The position numbers were made by a program, and so were the translations under genes. Source: Octopus vulgaris (Eukaryota). Taken from it: DNA of 64,000 nucleotides. The stretch is taken from positions 44,764,001-44,828,000 of the forward strand of contig OX597825.1 in assembly GCA_951406725.2 (NCBI GenBank). The letters are read 5' to 3'. A model generated the notes under the pieces. The model did not search any database. It saw only the letters and a list, made by a program, of their open reading frames with translations, and was not told where the DNA came from. This document shows positions 1 to 12,914 of this stretch, in pieces (position 1 is the stretch's first letter; each line of letters starts with the position of its first letter).

Positions 1-1017
1 ACCCCAGTATTCATCTGGTACTTAATTTATCGACCCCGAAAGGATGAACGGCAAAGTCGATCTCGGCGGAATTTGACTCACAACGTAGCGGCTGGCGAAA
101 TACCTATTTCTTTACTACCCACAAGGGGCTAAACACAGAGAGGACAAACAAGGACAGACAAACGGATTAAGTAACTGGTACTTAATTTATTGACCACGAA
201 AGGATGAAAGGCAATGTCGACTTCGGCGGAATTTGAACTCAGAACGTAACGGCAGACGAAATACGGCTACGCATTTCGCCCGGCGTGCTAACGTTCCTGC
301 CAGCTCGTTGCCTCAGGAAAAATTGCATACTAAGAGCTAGAAAAGTAAAAATCAAAGTCATGCAAAAACGTTCGTTATCAAAAATACGAATATATTGCAT
401 CTACTCATAATTTTTGTTTTAGGTTCGATGAGGAACTAAACAAATGGTATTCTTTTCTCCTCTAGGCACAATGCCCTAAATTTTGAGGGAGGGGGCCAGT
501 CGATTAGATCGACCCCAGTACACTACTGGTACTTAATTTATCGACCGCGCAAGGATGAAAGGCAAAGTCGACCTCGGCGGAATTTGAACTCACAACGTAA
601 AGACAGACGAAATACCTATTTCTTTATTACCCACAAGGGGCTAAACATAGAGGGGACAAACAAGGACAGACATAGGTATTAAGTCGATTAGATCGACCCC
701 AGTGCGTAACTGGGACTTAGTTTATCGACCCCGAAAGGATGAAAGGCAAAGTCGACCTCGGCGAAATTTGAACTCAAAACGTAACGACAGACGAAATACC
801 TATTTCTTTATTACCCACAAGGGGCTAAATATAGAGGGGACAAACAAGGACAGACATAGGTATTAAGTCGATTATATCGACCCCAGTGTGTAACTGGTAC
901 TTAATTTATCGACCCCGAAAGGATGAAAGGCAAAGTCGACCTCGGCGGAATTTGAACTCACAACGTAAAAACAGACGAAATACCGCTAAACATTTCGCCC
1001 GGCGTGCTAACATTCCT
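1..1017 (-). mobile_element. Tandem/chimeric cluster of tRNA-derived SINE copies (about 5 cores, ~180-bp internal period)
   Basis: Repeated CTGGTACTTAATTTATCGACCCCGAAAGGATGAAAGGCAAAGTCGACCTCGGCGGAATTTGAACTC at ~15, ~175, ~526, ~710, ~893. The minus strand reads B-box-like GAGTTCAAATTCC. Same family on + at 18804-19210. Confidence 0.85.
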
Positions 1018-1086
1018 ACCCGAAGATGCACTTGTCTATTTCCATAGACAAGTGTTTGGAGTAGTGCAAGACGAAGAATTGAGGCT

Positions 1087-1200
1087 TTAGGGTTAATATT
1101 TATGGTTAGGATTAAGATTAGTTTGGGATTAAGGTTAGGTCTAAGGTTCGGGTTAAGGGTTACAGCTAAGGGTTAAGACTGGAAATAACGGTTTAGGATT
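1087..1200 (+). repeat. Degenerate TTAGGG-like (telomere-like) repeat tract
   Basis: TTTAGGGTTAA..GGTTAGGATTAAGATTAG..GGTTAGGTCTAAGGTTCGGGTTAAGGGTTA. Confidence 0.55.
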
Positions 1201-1859
1201 CTGACGGAGAAACGAAAATCACGGTCAAGTGTTCATATTCTCTGCCATCCTGCACATTTCAGTAATATTTCGGAATGATAAATGTCACAGGTGACTCGCA
1301 TGCACACCAATGTACTCTTTATATAACATATACAGTAAAAGTTCCCCAGGGAAGATAGATAAAACAAATGAGAATAAAAGCAAAATTAAAGGAAAGAATA
1401 AAATACAATTGTGTGTGTGGGTGCGTGTTTGTGTACGTATGTGTGAGTGAGTGTGTGTGTGTGTGTGTTTGTGTGTGTGTGTGCGCGAGTGTTTGGACAT
1501 GTAGAATTGTATGTGATTGAAACAAAATAGTTTGAAAGTTAAATGATAGATTTTAAATTGCACACCCGAGTAACCAAGCCCAGTTATACACGTTTCAATA
1601 ACATTTCGAAATGGTAAGTAATACGGATGATTTAAGTTTGACATAGAATAAACATTAAATACATTATATATTATGAAGATTTTCTATAAAAGTAATACCT
1701 AACAACAAATAACAAATAATAAAATGATACAAATTACAAATAGTATATGGGATTGTTTACAACATAAGTATTTAGCTAAGTGGTCGTAAGGCTTGTAATT
1801 ACCAAAATTATAAAATTGTGTATGTAACATATGTTCTTATTTCTTATAAATTTATATGA

Positions 1860-1953
1860 AATTATATATACATACACACACACACACACACACCCATACA
1901 CACACATGTATATGTATGTATACATACATACACACACATGTATATGTATGTAT

Positions 1954-2020
<67 letters not shown>
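1860..2020. repeat. Compound (CA)n/(TA)n microsatellite
   Basis: Direct reading. Confidence 0.95.
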
Positions 2021-2021
<1 letters not shown>

Positions 2022-2032
<11 letters not shown>

Positions 2033-2522
2033 GGCATCCTTTTTGTCTCGGGAGACAATGGAGTTGCGCATAAAATAGTTTAGTCCGGCTTTTACATTTC
2101 ACGTCCTGATACATTTCCTGCTGTGGCTATGTAGTCCTATCCTGGACAAACAGTCCCTCTGGCAGGTACCGCAAATGTAGCGAAGACTGTTCCTAGCTGG
2201 TTGTAATGCCATAGTTTCTTGTTGACGTCTTTTCTTGTCTTTCCATTTCTCTTCTCTCTCTCTCTGTCACTCCTTTGTATTCCCTCTTTTACGGTACGTC
2301 GCCAGTCTCCACGGTTGCCGGCAACTGCCTCCCAACCGTTAATGTTGATGTTGCAGGCCTTCATGTCCCTTTTGCAAACATCCTTGTAACGTAAGAACGG
2401 TCTGCCCACAGACCTAGTACCCCTAGCAAGCTCTCCGTAGAGTATGTCCTTGGGGATTCTGCCATCTTTCATACGGCTAACATGCCCAAGCCATCTCATA
2501 CGTCTTTGTGTGAGGAATGCAA
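2022..2522 (-). mobile_element. 3' fragment of an RTE (BovB-like) LINE
   Basis: ORF 2137-2550 reads RRMRWLGHVSRMKDGRIPKDILYGELARGTRSVGRPFLRYKDVCKRDMKAC, the typical RTE C-terminus. 3' hairpin TTGTCTC-CC-GAGACAA followed by a (CAA)n tail. Confidence 0.9.
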
Positions 2523-2840
2523 ACAAAGACGTATGAGATGGCTTGGGCATGTTAGCCGTATGAAAGATGGCAATATATATATTGATAGAAATGGCAAGAC
2601 AACAAAAGAATGAAAGAGAACTCGATATTATGTAAATAGAGGAATTTATCTGTAAATATATTATGTGACAATTATTCGGTAGCCATGATAAAACTCCGAT
2701 TATTAACGAACTAAGGAATATACTTCCTTCAAAGGGGTGTGTGAAACATCCAATTCACTGGTACGTCAGTATAATGTATAATGCAAATTACAAAGATAAC
2801 ATTAAATAGAGAGATACAATTGACAATCTAATAATAATTA

Positions 2841-3741
2841 TTTACTACATATGTGGGAAATTCTTTCTGTGGGTGTGTTTGTGGAGTTGTTAACTAACTT
2901 CTCCTACATCGTTTTATAGATTTTGAGGAAAATTGACACGTGAGTAGAACTCATGTCTGGAAACTTCATAGCATACTCTGTTAAAAAATTGATAAAAAGA
3001 CTCAAAGAAGGGATCTTTGTATACGTCTAATATATTTTATTTTAAAAACCAAGAGAGATAACCCATTCGCCCCTGGAAGGGATCCTTATATATAGCCAAG
3101 GGAAATAACCCATTCATTTTCCTAAATTATTTGGTAAAAGAGAAATTTATCAAGCTTATTAGTATTTGAACTGTTGGAGTTATTTTCGCAAATTATCCAG
3201 TACAACGCTTAAACAAGTAAATGCTATTCTCCTAAACAATAGATCCACTTATTTCGGTTAGTGACTTATTCACGAATATACCAAAACTAACGCTTCTGAG
3301 GGTAATGTTCTCTGGGAACGCACAAAATCCCTTTTCAGAGTTATTTACTTTGAATTGTTATCTATTATCTGAGTTGCCCGTTATTACGTAACATGCTTCA
3401 CGATTTTAGTATACATACCTTATTATTTCCTCATATGTTCTATATACTATGGGGACGCACTACAGCCCTTTTTAGGGCTACTTTTGTTGAATTCTTCCTA
3501 TCGGGTAACTAATTTCATGCTATTACATAACTGACCTCACAATTTGGGTATTCATAACTTATTGAGAATTCTTAAAAACAAGATCCTGTGCAAGACAGTT
3601 CGTTATTCTCTGTAAATGCCCGAAAACCGTTTTAAGGGCTACATATTTTGTATTGTTGTTATTGGATTAGCGAAACAATTATGAGAACGGAAATAAGGGA
3701 TAAACCCTGCTTTTCCGGGATTTACTGGGTACGTCAGCTAG
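2841..3741 (+). mobile_element. Non-autonomous Helitron-like insertion
   Basis: 3' end ...CCGGGATTTACTGGGTACGTCAGCTAG|T. Inserted between A and T with no TSD. It splits a sequence that is continuous in the inverted partner at 5311-5378. The 5' end reads TT rather than TC. Confidence 0.65.
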
Positions 3742-3815
3742 TAATATAATATAACATAATATATTATGAATATAATATAACATAAGATAAAATAAACAAT
3801 TATTAAAACATCAAA

Positions 3816-3894
3816 CAGCCAACAATTTGTTTCGACTTGTATGCATTTTTTAACATATAAATAATTTCCTTATATATAAGCCTCATCAGAGTCA
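3816..3894 (-). ncRNA. Type I hammerhead ribozyme motif (stem I partly degenerate)
   Basis: Minus strand: TGACT-CTGATGA-GGCTTATAT...ATACAAGTC-GAAAC-AAATT-GTT-GGCTG. Confidence 0.65.
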
Positions 3895-5183
3895 TAGTTT
3901 AAAGATAGACGAAATTCCGTGTGAAAGGACGGCTGGATTGTAAAGAAATAATTTAAATGCATATGTATTATGAGCGTGAGCGCTCACTATTCAATTACTT
4001 ATCAATTACAATTAAAAAGCAAAACAATTTAACGGACTAACTAATTAAGTACAACTATCGAAATATATTTCTATATATCACAAATAATATTAATCCAAAC
4101 TCGTTTATATCTAAGAGAATCTTTTGCTTTTATAACATAGAACAATGATATATATATGTGTATATAATTAAGTATCATGGTCTTGATTTATATAGAACTG
4201 TAATAAAACGTGTAAAAATATGAATAATTATATCCTTAATAACTCTTCTATTGATATAAAAAATTATTGTTTCAAGTAATTAATAGGAATGTTCTATAAT
4301 TATTGTTTATCGGAGGCATAATTCCGTAATAAATGTGAAATAGAAACCTATTTAAAATATTTTCTTTGTTTACTTAATTTATCATAGGGAGAATTCCGTA
4401 ATAAATATGAAGATAAACCCATGGCTGTAAACTCTATAACCTAAATGCTCCATAGATATAATGTTAGGCTGTAATAATGGATATCGACATATTACAATTT
4501 TTTTTTTTAGAATTACCCAAATTGGGAATTACCTGAATAAGGATTATTATTCGTTTATTATGGAAGGGAGAACTCTGTAGATAAGTAAAAATTAAATAAT
4601 ATAACAAAAGAAGTATTAAGGATTGCTTACGATGAAATAATTAATATTATCATTTTAAAATTAAATGATTATAAATAATATATATACAAATTATATTAAT
4701 TCTTTCCGAATTAACAAAATGATATTGTTGTAATAAGAACACAAGTTATAAACTATACAATATTATAATAATTATTCTGGTTATTAAATATATTTATTAA
4801 GTCAATTAAAACTATTTATTATTATCATTATTATCATTATTACAATTGTCATAGATTAATTAATAAATTAAATGAATGTATTTATACATATATTCATTTA
4901 TTATTATGAAGACATCTTATTTATAATGTGTAATTAATATTAATACTAATATAATGATGTATAAAAAAGTAACTACAAGAAGAGCATAAATGGAATCAAA
5001 TTTTCTAACTTTTCTAAATTGTTGTAGATTAAACCTACTTAATTATTTTGTCCGATAAAATTATTTAATGTTTTTAATTGTAATTGAATAGTGAGCACTC
5101 ACGCTCATAATGCATACGCATTTAAACTAATTTTTTACAATCCAGCTGTCCTTTCACACGGAATTTCGTCAATCTTTAAACTC

Positions 5184-5258
5184 TGGCTCTGATGAGGTTT
5201 ATATATATAGTAGGTGTTATCAAAAACATGTATATAAGTCGGAACAAATTGTTAGCCG
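5184..5258 (+). ncRNA. Type I hammerhead motif with GAAA mutated to GGAA
   Basis: TGGCT-CTGATGA-GGTTTATATATAT...ATGTATATAAGTC-GGAAC-AAATT-GTT-AGCCG; stems I and II pair. Confidence 0.65.
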
Positions 5259-5373
5259 TTTGATATTTTTAATAATTGTTTATGTTATCTTATATTATGT
5301 TATATTATATTGCATTATATTATAATATATATAAGTTATTGGATTGTCAATTGTATCTCTCTAGTCAATTTTA

Positions 5374-5377
<4 letters not shown>

Positions 5378-5453
<76 letters not shown>

Positions 5454-5547
5454 CATACATACATACATACATACATACATACATACATACATACATACAT
5501 ACATACATACATACATACATACATGCATGCATACATACATATATATA
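5378..5547. repeat. (TA)n + (TACA)n microsatellite
   Basis: Direct reading. Confidence 0.95.
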
Positions 5548-5939
5548 GGCAAATTTGTTATTGAAAATGCACCTAAATTTGAAAAACTTGTAATTGTTTA
5601 AAATAAGTTTATTTACATATATACCAAACAAGTTTCAACAATATTTTTTGTTTATCAATGGTAAAAATTTTGAATTATGAATCAGAACAACATCTTTAAA
5701 AGTTTCAACGTTGACTAATTTAAATGTTCATAACAGACAAATTTAGAATTATGAATTAGAAAAACATGTTCAAAAATTTCGATGTTGACAAGTTAAATAT
5801 TCATAACAGTCAATAGTATTAAAACTGTGCATCAATTTGTTTGAATGTACAAAACTCACTAAAGTTTGTAACGATCGACAAGAAATGAATATCATCAAAG
5901 TTTCAATACATTGGAAGTGCAAGAGGTAGCAGTAGACCT

Positions 5940-6594
5940 CAAGAAGTTTGGAAGTCACACGGAGCTGTTCCAGAAGGAGGTGGAAGGCAGTGACTGACAC
6001 CTCCAGAGGAAGTGACCAATGTAACCAGAAGAAGGACAGTGGTATACAGAACGCTGTCCCTATCCAGCAAGAAAATTGAGATGGCGACGGAGGAGGCTAT
6101 TGAAAAATGCCAAGAAAATGTGAAAAGTGTAACCACCAGAGGAAGAAAGTACGGCACAGTGGAGGTATGGTTTGCCACGGAAGAAGTCAAAATTTTGCAA
6201 GTCACAAGAATTAAGAAGCTGAATCGCTGAGGTGGAAATGGTGGTCCAAGCCAGCCAAGAAGAATTAAATTTCGTAACGGAAGAAATACTGTTGCCAGAA
6301 GATACGAAATTAAGAGTGATAGTAGAAGGTCGTTCACCCACCTGCTACCACTGCTGTGTAAAGGGGCACATGAAAGCAAAGTGCCCCGAGCTAAATAATG
6401 AAACAAGTAAAAGCCAACGTAAACTAGAGAGAAGTACCGAGACAACAGCCCCAATCTTGGAAGAAAATACGGAAGACACAGACGAAGAAGAATTCATTGA
6501 ACTTCCAAAAAGAAAGAGAGATGTGGCTGCAGGGTCACCTCCAACAACTACTAGAAAGAAAAGGAGAACCGTTAACACTGAAGACGACACATAA
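5940..6594 (+). pseudogene. Gag/ORF1-like fragment with CCHC zinc knuckle (retroelement relic)
   Basis: VIVEGRSPTCYHCCVKGHMKAKCP matches CX2CX4HX4C, followed by an acidic/basic low-complexity tail; interrupted frames upstream. Confidence 0.65.
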
Positions 6595-6959
6595 ATATTT
6601 AACAGAATAGACATACACGGCATACACCACAAGTAGAAACACAAAAAATAGTGATACCACCCTGGTTAGCTCCAGACCCAAATGATTGGTTTCCCTGTGG
6701 AGACGGTCGTAAGTCGTTCCGGTTGGTTGGCTCTCTTAAAGGGTCATTTCGGTTTTGATTGGTCTGGAGTTAGGTGACGTCAGCAACTGGTGTTTGTAAA
6801 ATTTCATTGGACTAGAGGTACGTGATGTCGGCAACAAGTGTTTGTATGACGATTCGGAGTTGCGGTTTCGGAACCCGGGTGGAAGTTTGTTTCTAAAGTT
6901 TTTTTTTTTTTATTTTTTGTTGTTCCTGGTTGTTTTTGATGTTGAAATTGAGTCTTTTT

Positions 6960-7721
6960 CTTATCTTTTTACAGTTTTTTTCTTCTTTCTAAAGGATATT
7001 TAACTGTGGTTTATATTTTTTAATCAGTATAATTTCCTTATTTAAAGAAAATTTGGTTGAAGTGTTTCCAGTGCATTAATAGAGAGGGAAGATTTAGTAT
7101 TTAGGGTTTATGTCTACGGGGCATTGGTCTAGGTGCTTGCTTACGGGAATTTTCCTAGTGATGGGGGTCCCAGATTTGTTGCCTGTGTACCGTAAGTCTA
7201 TCCCTCAAAGTTAAGCTAGTTTGACCTATGTAGTCCCCACTACAACCTCCACATTTGAGAACATAGATTAAGTTCTTCGAAGCACAGGTGAAGTCATAGT
7301 TTATGGTAAAAGTTTGATCTGACTTAAATTTCTATGTTGAGCCCTCTAAGAGGAAGATGCAAGTTCCGTAGTTAGAGCGGTTGCACTTTTAGTCTTATGG
7401 GGTTGTATTTTTGGTGGGTAATTTGGCGCTGGGGAGTAATTTTTTTAAGGATTGCGGTTGTCTCTTGCTTTTAATAATCCTATGTGTTTCCAGTACCTTT
7501 TTCATTCGTGGGTCCTTCATAAGGAGGGGTATGTTTTGGTGGACGATGTTGTATGCTCCCATGTTTCTTGGATTGTGTGCTGATACGTAAGATAGAGTTT
7601 TAAGTGTGTCATGGTGTTTTCTTGTTATCTGTAACCCTCGGATGTCTATCATTTTTGCACATTCTATTCCATTCATGATTAGACTGGCCGGGTATTTTCT
7701 TTCTAGTAATATAACTCTCAC
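6960..7721 (-). mobile_element. Penelope-like element 3' fragment (thumb region + GIY-YIG)
   Basis: ORF 7395-7721 (KYPASLI...YVSAHNPRN...SKRQPQSLKKLL). Downstream minus-strand frame reads FTCASKNLIYVLKCGGCSGDYIGQT...RLTVHRQQI. Confidence 0.85.
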
Positions 7722-7801
7722 TAAATATGACTAGGGTGTTATAACTCTCACTAAATATGACTAGGGTGTATATAACTCTCACTAAATATGACTAGGGTGT
7801 T
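7711..7801 (+). repeat. Three tandem copies of a 30-31-bp unit
   Basis: ATAACTCTCACTAAATATGACTAGGGTGT(T/A) x3 at the 5' truncation point of the PLE. Confidence 0.95.
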
Positions 7802-9874
7802 AAGAAACACCTACATTGCTAGAAATAGGAGCTAAAATGTTCTAATGCTGTAGTTAATGCACATTAATAAAAACATATACACAAACAGGGACCTGAATCG
7901 TTCGAAAAATACCGATCGAGTATTCTTAATACTGAAGTCAGTTTCGACAATTTCGTTACCTCATTGATTAAGTCCTGCTGAATCTCGGCTTTCTTCGGTT
8001 TGCTTCTCCATTAGTATATATGCTTTCGTCATCCAAATTAATAGATGATTTACCGATTCGATAATGTGTATACATAAAATTAATAGAAACAGCAGGTTGC
8101 AATATTCTACCACGAAGAAAAATTATTATTGTCACTAAATGTAACTAGCGCGTTAAGAAACACACATATATACTTGCAACAGCTTAGGATTTAAGGGACT
8201 CTACCTTTCACCATAGCCATGAGACTATGCTCTTCCCAATCAAAGGAGAACTGTGAGATGATTTTTACGATAGAGTCGGCCGATTGCCAGATCCTTTCTA
8301 CACACAATAGTCGCTGTTTGACATAACACCACAGGTCAGCAATGCTCGGGCACTATCCGTTCAGGTGCAGAACCGTTTCGTTTCCTCGGCGTGTATCTCC
8401 TGTAGACCCGACTGACGGCATTACCATGACTCTTGAGCTGACAATCCCTCCACTTCTGGTACGACTGTCAGTCCAGAGATTTCTGGAAATTATCAGTATG
8501 ACATGGACCAAAATTCTCTCGGAGAAGACTAACTAGTCGGTTCCTTTCGACGCCCAAATTTTTACCAAGTGCGTCTCGCTCTTGCTTGCCATTAATATTC
8601 AATAAGAACGCTATAGAAGAACTTCCACCGACATGATACCCGACTGTGAGCTCCTGACAACAACCCACGTGCCAAAGGCCTGGCTCGGTCAATTCTTCGT
8701 CCGAAACTGCTGTTCTACAAAAGGGACGAGCTATGGAGAAGCAATATTGACACGTGGCGACCACATTTACTCATCGTCAGGGAAACGCTAAATGTAATGA
8801 TCTATTTAAATTTATTATTGTGTTAAGGTTTTTTCATTCTTGTTACTCTCCAATTATTTTGTTTCAAAATTCTTTCTTTTTTATATTTTCTTCTATTTAA
8901 ACTTTTTTCTCTGCTTTGTCGTACGAGAACCGAGGAAGAAACTTCATTGCTTTATTTTTCTTTCCTCTTCATACCCTCTTATTTTTTGCTCCACAACTCA
9001 TTTTTCCTCTTCTTTTATTCTAATTTAGAATATATTTTTTTTGTGTAGCACGAAGTACAAGAAAGAGAATTATATCTAACAGTTAATTGACTCAAATGTT
9101 CTGTTTAAATATATTTTTTTTTATTTCGCCTTCGTTGCCAACATTAAAATTTTCTTTCTCTTCTTTCAGTCCAGCATTTGTTCTCTCTCCTCTTTTCCAC
9201 TGCTCACATCGGGGTATATCTTACGCCCTTGTCACGCTTAACGATACTGGCCTTGTCCTCACCTCACATTAACCTCTATTGCTATCACTATACGAGACAC
9301 TGGCATCTCTAACCACTCTACCATGATTCAATGTTATAGATCTATTACATACAGCAAAATTATAGGTCTATTACATACCACAGTTCTGGAAATTACTGGC
9401 TGCTAGCAGATGAACTGTATAGTTTTCTGAAGAAAAATCTATTACTAGAAGAGCAGAAGTAATGTAGAAAGAAGTCGAGGGAACTGCTTATCTGTCGTAT
9501 GTCACTAGTATATGAAGCGAAGCGCTAATAAGATCTTAACCATTCGTTGGATAGGCTACAAGTAAACATATGATAATGCACAACACTCTTGGCTTTTGGA
9601 ATGCCTGAGGACATCGGATTCGATGACAAGATTAACAATGTTTTAGAAAAATTTAGAGACTATCAGGTGTAGAATTAATGCAGGAATGAATCAATAAGAA
9701 GTGGGAAAATACAGAGGAGGTCTTTTAAGAAGACTCACGCTTTCCCTTACATTGTGTAATTGTATTAATCCCACTGACGAGCATACAGAGAAACTTCAAG
9801 CTTGTCTATGAGTTTTTTATGTAGATACATTCACTAACTACACCCGTGAAATTTCTACGGATTTTGCTTGTTGG

Positions 9875-10280
9875 TGGCGAGCTAACAGGTTCATTAGCGC
9901 GTCTAACAAAATGGTTAGCGGTATTTCTTTCGCCTCCTTACGTTCTCACTTCAAATTTCGTCGAGGTCTACTCTAACTTTCATCCTTTCAGGGTCGATGA
10001 AATAAATACTATTTGAGCACCAGGGTCGATGTAACCGAATGACCATCTCCCTGAAAATTTCGGGCCTTTTGGCTATAATAAGAAGGATTATTAGCTCACC
10101 AGACAAAATGCTTAGCAGTATTTCATCCGTCTTTACGTTCTAAGTTCAAATGCTACCGGGGCCGACTTTGCCTTTCATCCTTTCGAGATAGATAAAATAT
10201 GTACCAGTTGAACACTGGAGTCGATGTAATCGACTATTCCCCCATCTCAAATTTCAGACTTTGTGCCTATAGTAGAAAGG

Positions 10281-10282
<2 letters not shown>
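9875..10282 (+). mobile_element. Two degenerate SINE copies
   Basis: GGTGGCGAGCT...TTCAAAT...TTTCATCCTTTC..GTCGAT core occurs twice; (GTT)n tail. Confidence 0.8.
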
Positions 10283-10311
<29 letters not shown>

Positions 10312-10429
10312 CTACTGCTGCTTTAGTTCTCAGAGCGCTCGATCTTGTTTGCTCTGGTAGTTTCTGTCAGAGGTCTCCCAGGGTCTCTTTCTGCACGTTA
10401 TAAGCTTTGGTATTTGACTGTTAATTATC

Positions 10430-12335
10430 GTGGGAGACATTCAACATCCAAGTACCAATCTCAAAATCCTAGCTGTCCCCAGCAGCGCAGTTTGGGAGCT
10501 TGCTCAGCTCTCATGTCAATTCCGATTTCTCTGACATATTTCTCGAACTTGGTTGTTAGTGCTCCGAACGCCCCTACAACTGCTTGAATGACAGACACTC
10601 TCCTCATAGTCCACAATCTTGTAATTTAGTCTGTTAGTAGTCTGTACTTTTCAATTTTTTTCTAGTGTTTTGTCACGTACGCGTGCATCCCCGGATATTG
10701 CAATATCTGCAGTCTTGGTTTCCTTTTTTCGTCTATCATAATATCTAGTCGCCGAGACTCGATTAGGGAGTAACATTGGATTGTAGTATCCCACAGTATC
10801 TTATATTCCTTGTTCTCGGTGACTCCTTCTGGTTCATGTTCGTACCATTTCCGTGCTCTTTTGAGAGCATACTTTTCACATAGCCTCAAATGGACGAACT
10901 TAGCCACATTATCATGTCTCCTTTTGTAGTGCTTTTGAGCCAGCTTGCTACACTCACCCACAATATGTGAGATTGTTTCATTTCTGATGCCACACATCCT
11001 ACAAAGGGAGATTCGTTACTCTTATCTCTTTAGAACTTGGTGTAACTAGTTCTCAGAGCTTGTTACTGGGCGCTGCATATCAATGCCTCAGTGCATCCTT
11101 TCATATTTCTTTTTTTAGCCATCTCCAATTGTAGATCTTGTCTTTTCCTTTGATTTCTCTGAGGTTATTGCCCATGCAGTGGTTTCATTTTCCAATTGTT
11201 TACTCTTTCTTCTTCATCTTGTTTCTTAAATATTTGTGGATGCATCATATTTTCGGTAGGTATCGTATTGTTAATTCTAACAGCGTCAAGCAAGGATTTA
11301 GACTGTTTTCTCGTTGACAACATAGATCTTGCATTCTATGAGGCCTCTTCCTCCTCTGTTCCTAGGTATCTACTGTTTGATTTGTATGATACCCCTCACA
11401 CAGATACTAAGGAAAGTGACATTGGGGTATACCTTGAAAAGTGGAGAAAAATTAATTAGACCCAAATTACATTCCGATATCCTTACTGAATATCTGCACT
11501 GTTGAAACTATGTCATTTATTTCACGTTCGGTCTTCCCAAAAATCTTAAAGTTATCCATAAATAACAGTATCGCTTTTGGGGTGTAGTTCCGTGCTAATT
11601 GTCATCACTTTTCTGGTTTTCGTGTCCATTTCTTTATTTGTCCACCTAACAACACCTGCGCCATATCGCATTAAAGAAACAGCTCATGTGTTCATTGCCC
11701 TGATCTCATTTTTTCCATTGAGCCTACATCCCATAATTAATTTGGTTCTTCTGAGATATTCTCACGTAAAGCTTTCCTTCATTTCACTTTCCTTGACTTT
11801 GTCATTTTCCAAGATCCCAAGATATCTATATCCATTAGTTTCAATATCCTTAATTTTCTCGCCGTTGGGTAGCTCTACACCATCAGACTTTGCCTTTTTG
11901 TACCATAACTATACTCAACCTTTTGGTCACAAATTCCATTCCGATATCCTTACTGAATATCTACACTGTTGAAACTATGCCGTTTATTTCACGTTCGTTC
12001 TTTCCAGAACTATTTAAGTCATCCATATATAACGGATGGTTTAATTTTTCTCCACTTTTCAAAGTGTATACCAATGTCACTTTTCGTAGTATCTGTGTGA
12101 GGGGTATCATACAAACTAAACAGTAATGGTGATAGGCTATCTCCTTGAAATATGTCTCTCTTAATTTTAATCCTCGCCAAAACATTTAGACATGAAGTTA
12201 GCTCTGTATTCCAGTTTTTCATTGATCTCCTAATGCAATATATTTTATCAGACACCAGTATCAGCTCCAAATTTTCTACAGTCCAGGAATGGGGGATCAT
12301 GTCATACGATTTCTTATAATTGATTAACACCACGC
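10430..12335 (-). mobile_element. R4/Dong-like non-LTR retrotransposon relic (RT + CCHC + restriction-like endonuclease), internally rearranged
   Basis: YKKSYDMIPHSW, IFQGDSLSPLLF, LNHPLYMDDL, CRMCGIRNETISHIVGEC...RHDNVAK, KILWD...RRLDI. Confidence 0.88.
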
Positions 12336-12866
12336 AGAGGATTAGTAAGTCTTTTCTTGCAGTCGTTCAGTACCATTCTGTGCGTGTGGGGAGGAGGGAG
12401 ACAGAGAGAGAATGTAATTCACTCTCTCTCTTTTTCTCACACACACACGCACACATACGTACAAAAATATGTATGCGTATTTGTATATGTACGAATTCAT
12501 GACACATTCTGTCAGAAGTTGGTCTTTTGACCTTTGGTTTTTCCTTTTGCGTCCTTTTTGTTCTACTGGAAGTTTGTCATATGCATGAAGTAATAGACAA
12601 CATTAGATATTATTCTTGTCATCAGCTTCCACATCAGGAGTAGACAGGTGATAGGCCGATAATCATCCACTACATTGCCTTTACTAGAATCCTTTTAGCA
12701 AAGAATTATTTTACTTGTGGTCACTTAGAGACAAACTTTTTGTGGAAACTCTTCTGAGCATTCTATTCCAAACTCTTTCAGCCATCTGTCCATATCTTTG
12801 CTTACCGTTCCCAATGCACCAATTATTCTTATTCTTATTCTTATTCTTCTTATTCTTATTATTATT

Positions 12867-12911
<45 letters not shown>

Positions 12912-12914
12912 ATT

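Larger units (their letters stand above)
2791..5378. mobile_element. Non-coding foldback (PLE pLTR-like) element with ~340-bp diverged inverted arms
   Basis: 2791-2840 plus 3742-4040 is the reverse complement of ~5050-5378, e.g. GACGAAATTCCGTGTGAAAGGAC / GTCCTTTCACACGGAATTTCGTC. Each arm carries a hammerhead motif. Confidence 0.75.

Noticed and set aside
1087-1200. True telomere or fusion site
   Set aside because: Short, highly degenerate and in one orientation only; more likely internal to a small repeat element.
1285-2083. Many overlapping ORFs rich in YI, CV, HT and MYVC repeats (also at 5.3, 24, 39, 48, 54 and 61 kb)
   Set aside because: Translations of stop-free microsatellites, not genes.
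7711-7801. 30-bp repeats as a CRISPR array
   Set aside because: No spacers, eukaryotic context, no cas genes.
8330-8790. GC-richer stretch with faint Mutator-like peptide (FLEIISMTW)
   Set aside because: No catalytic motif could be confirmed by eye.
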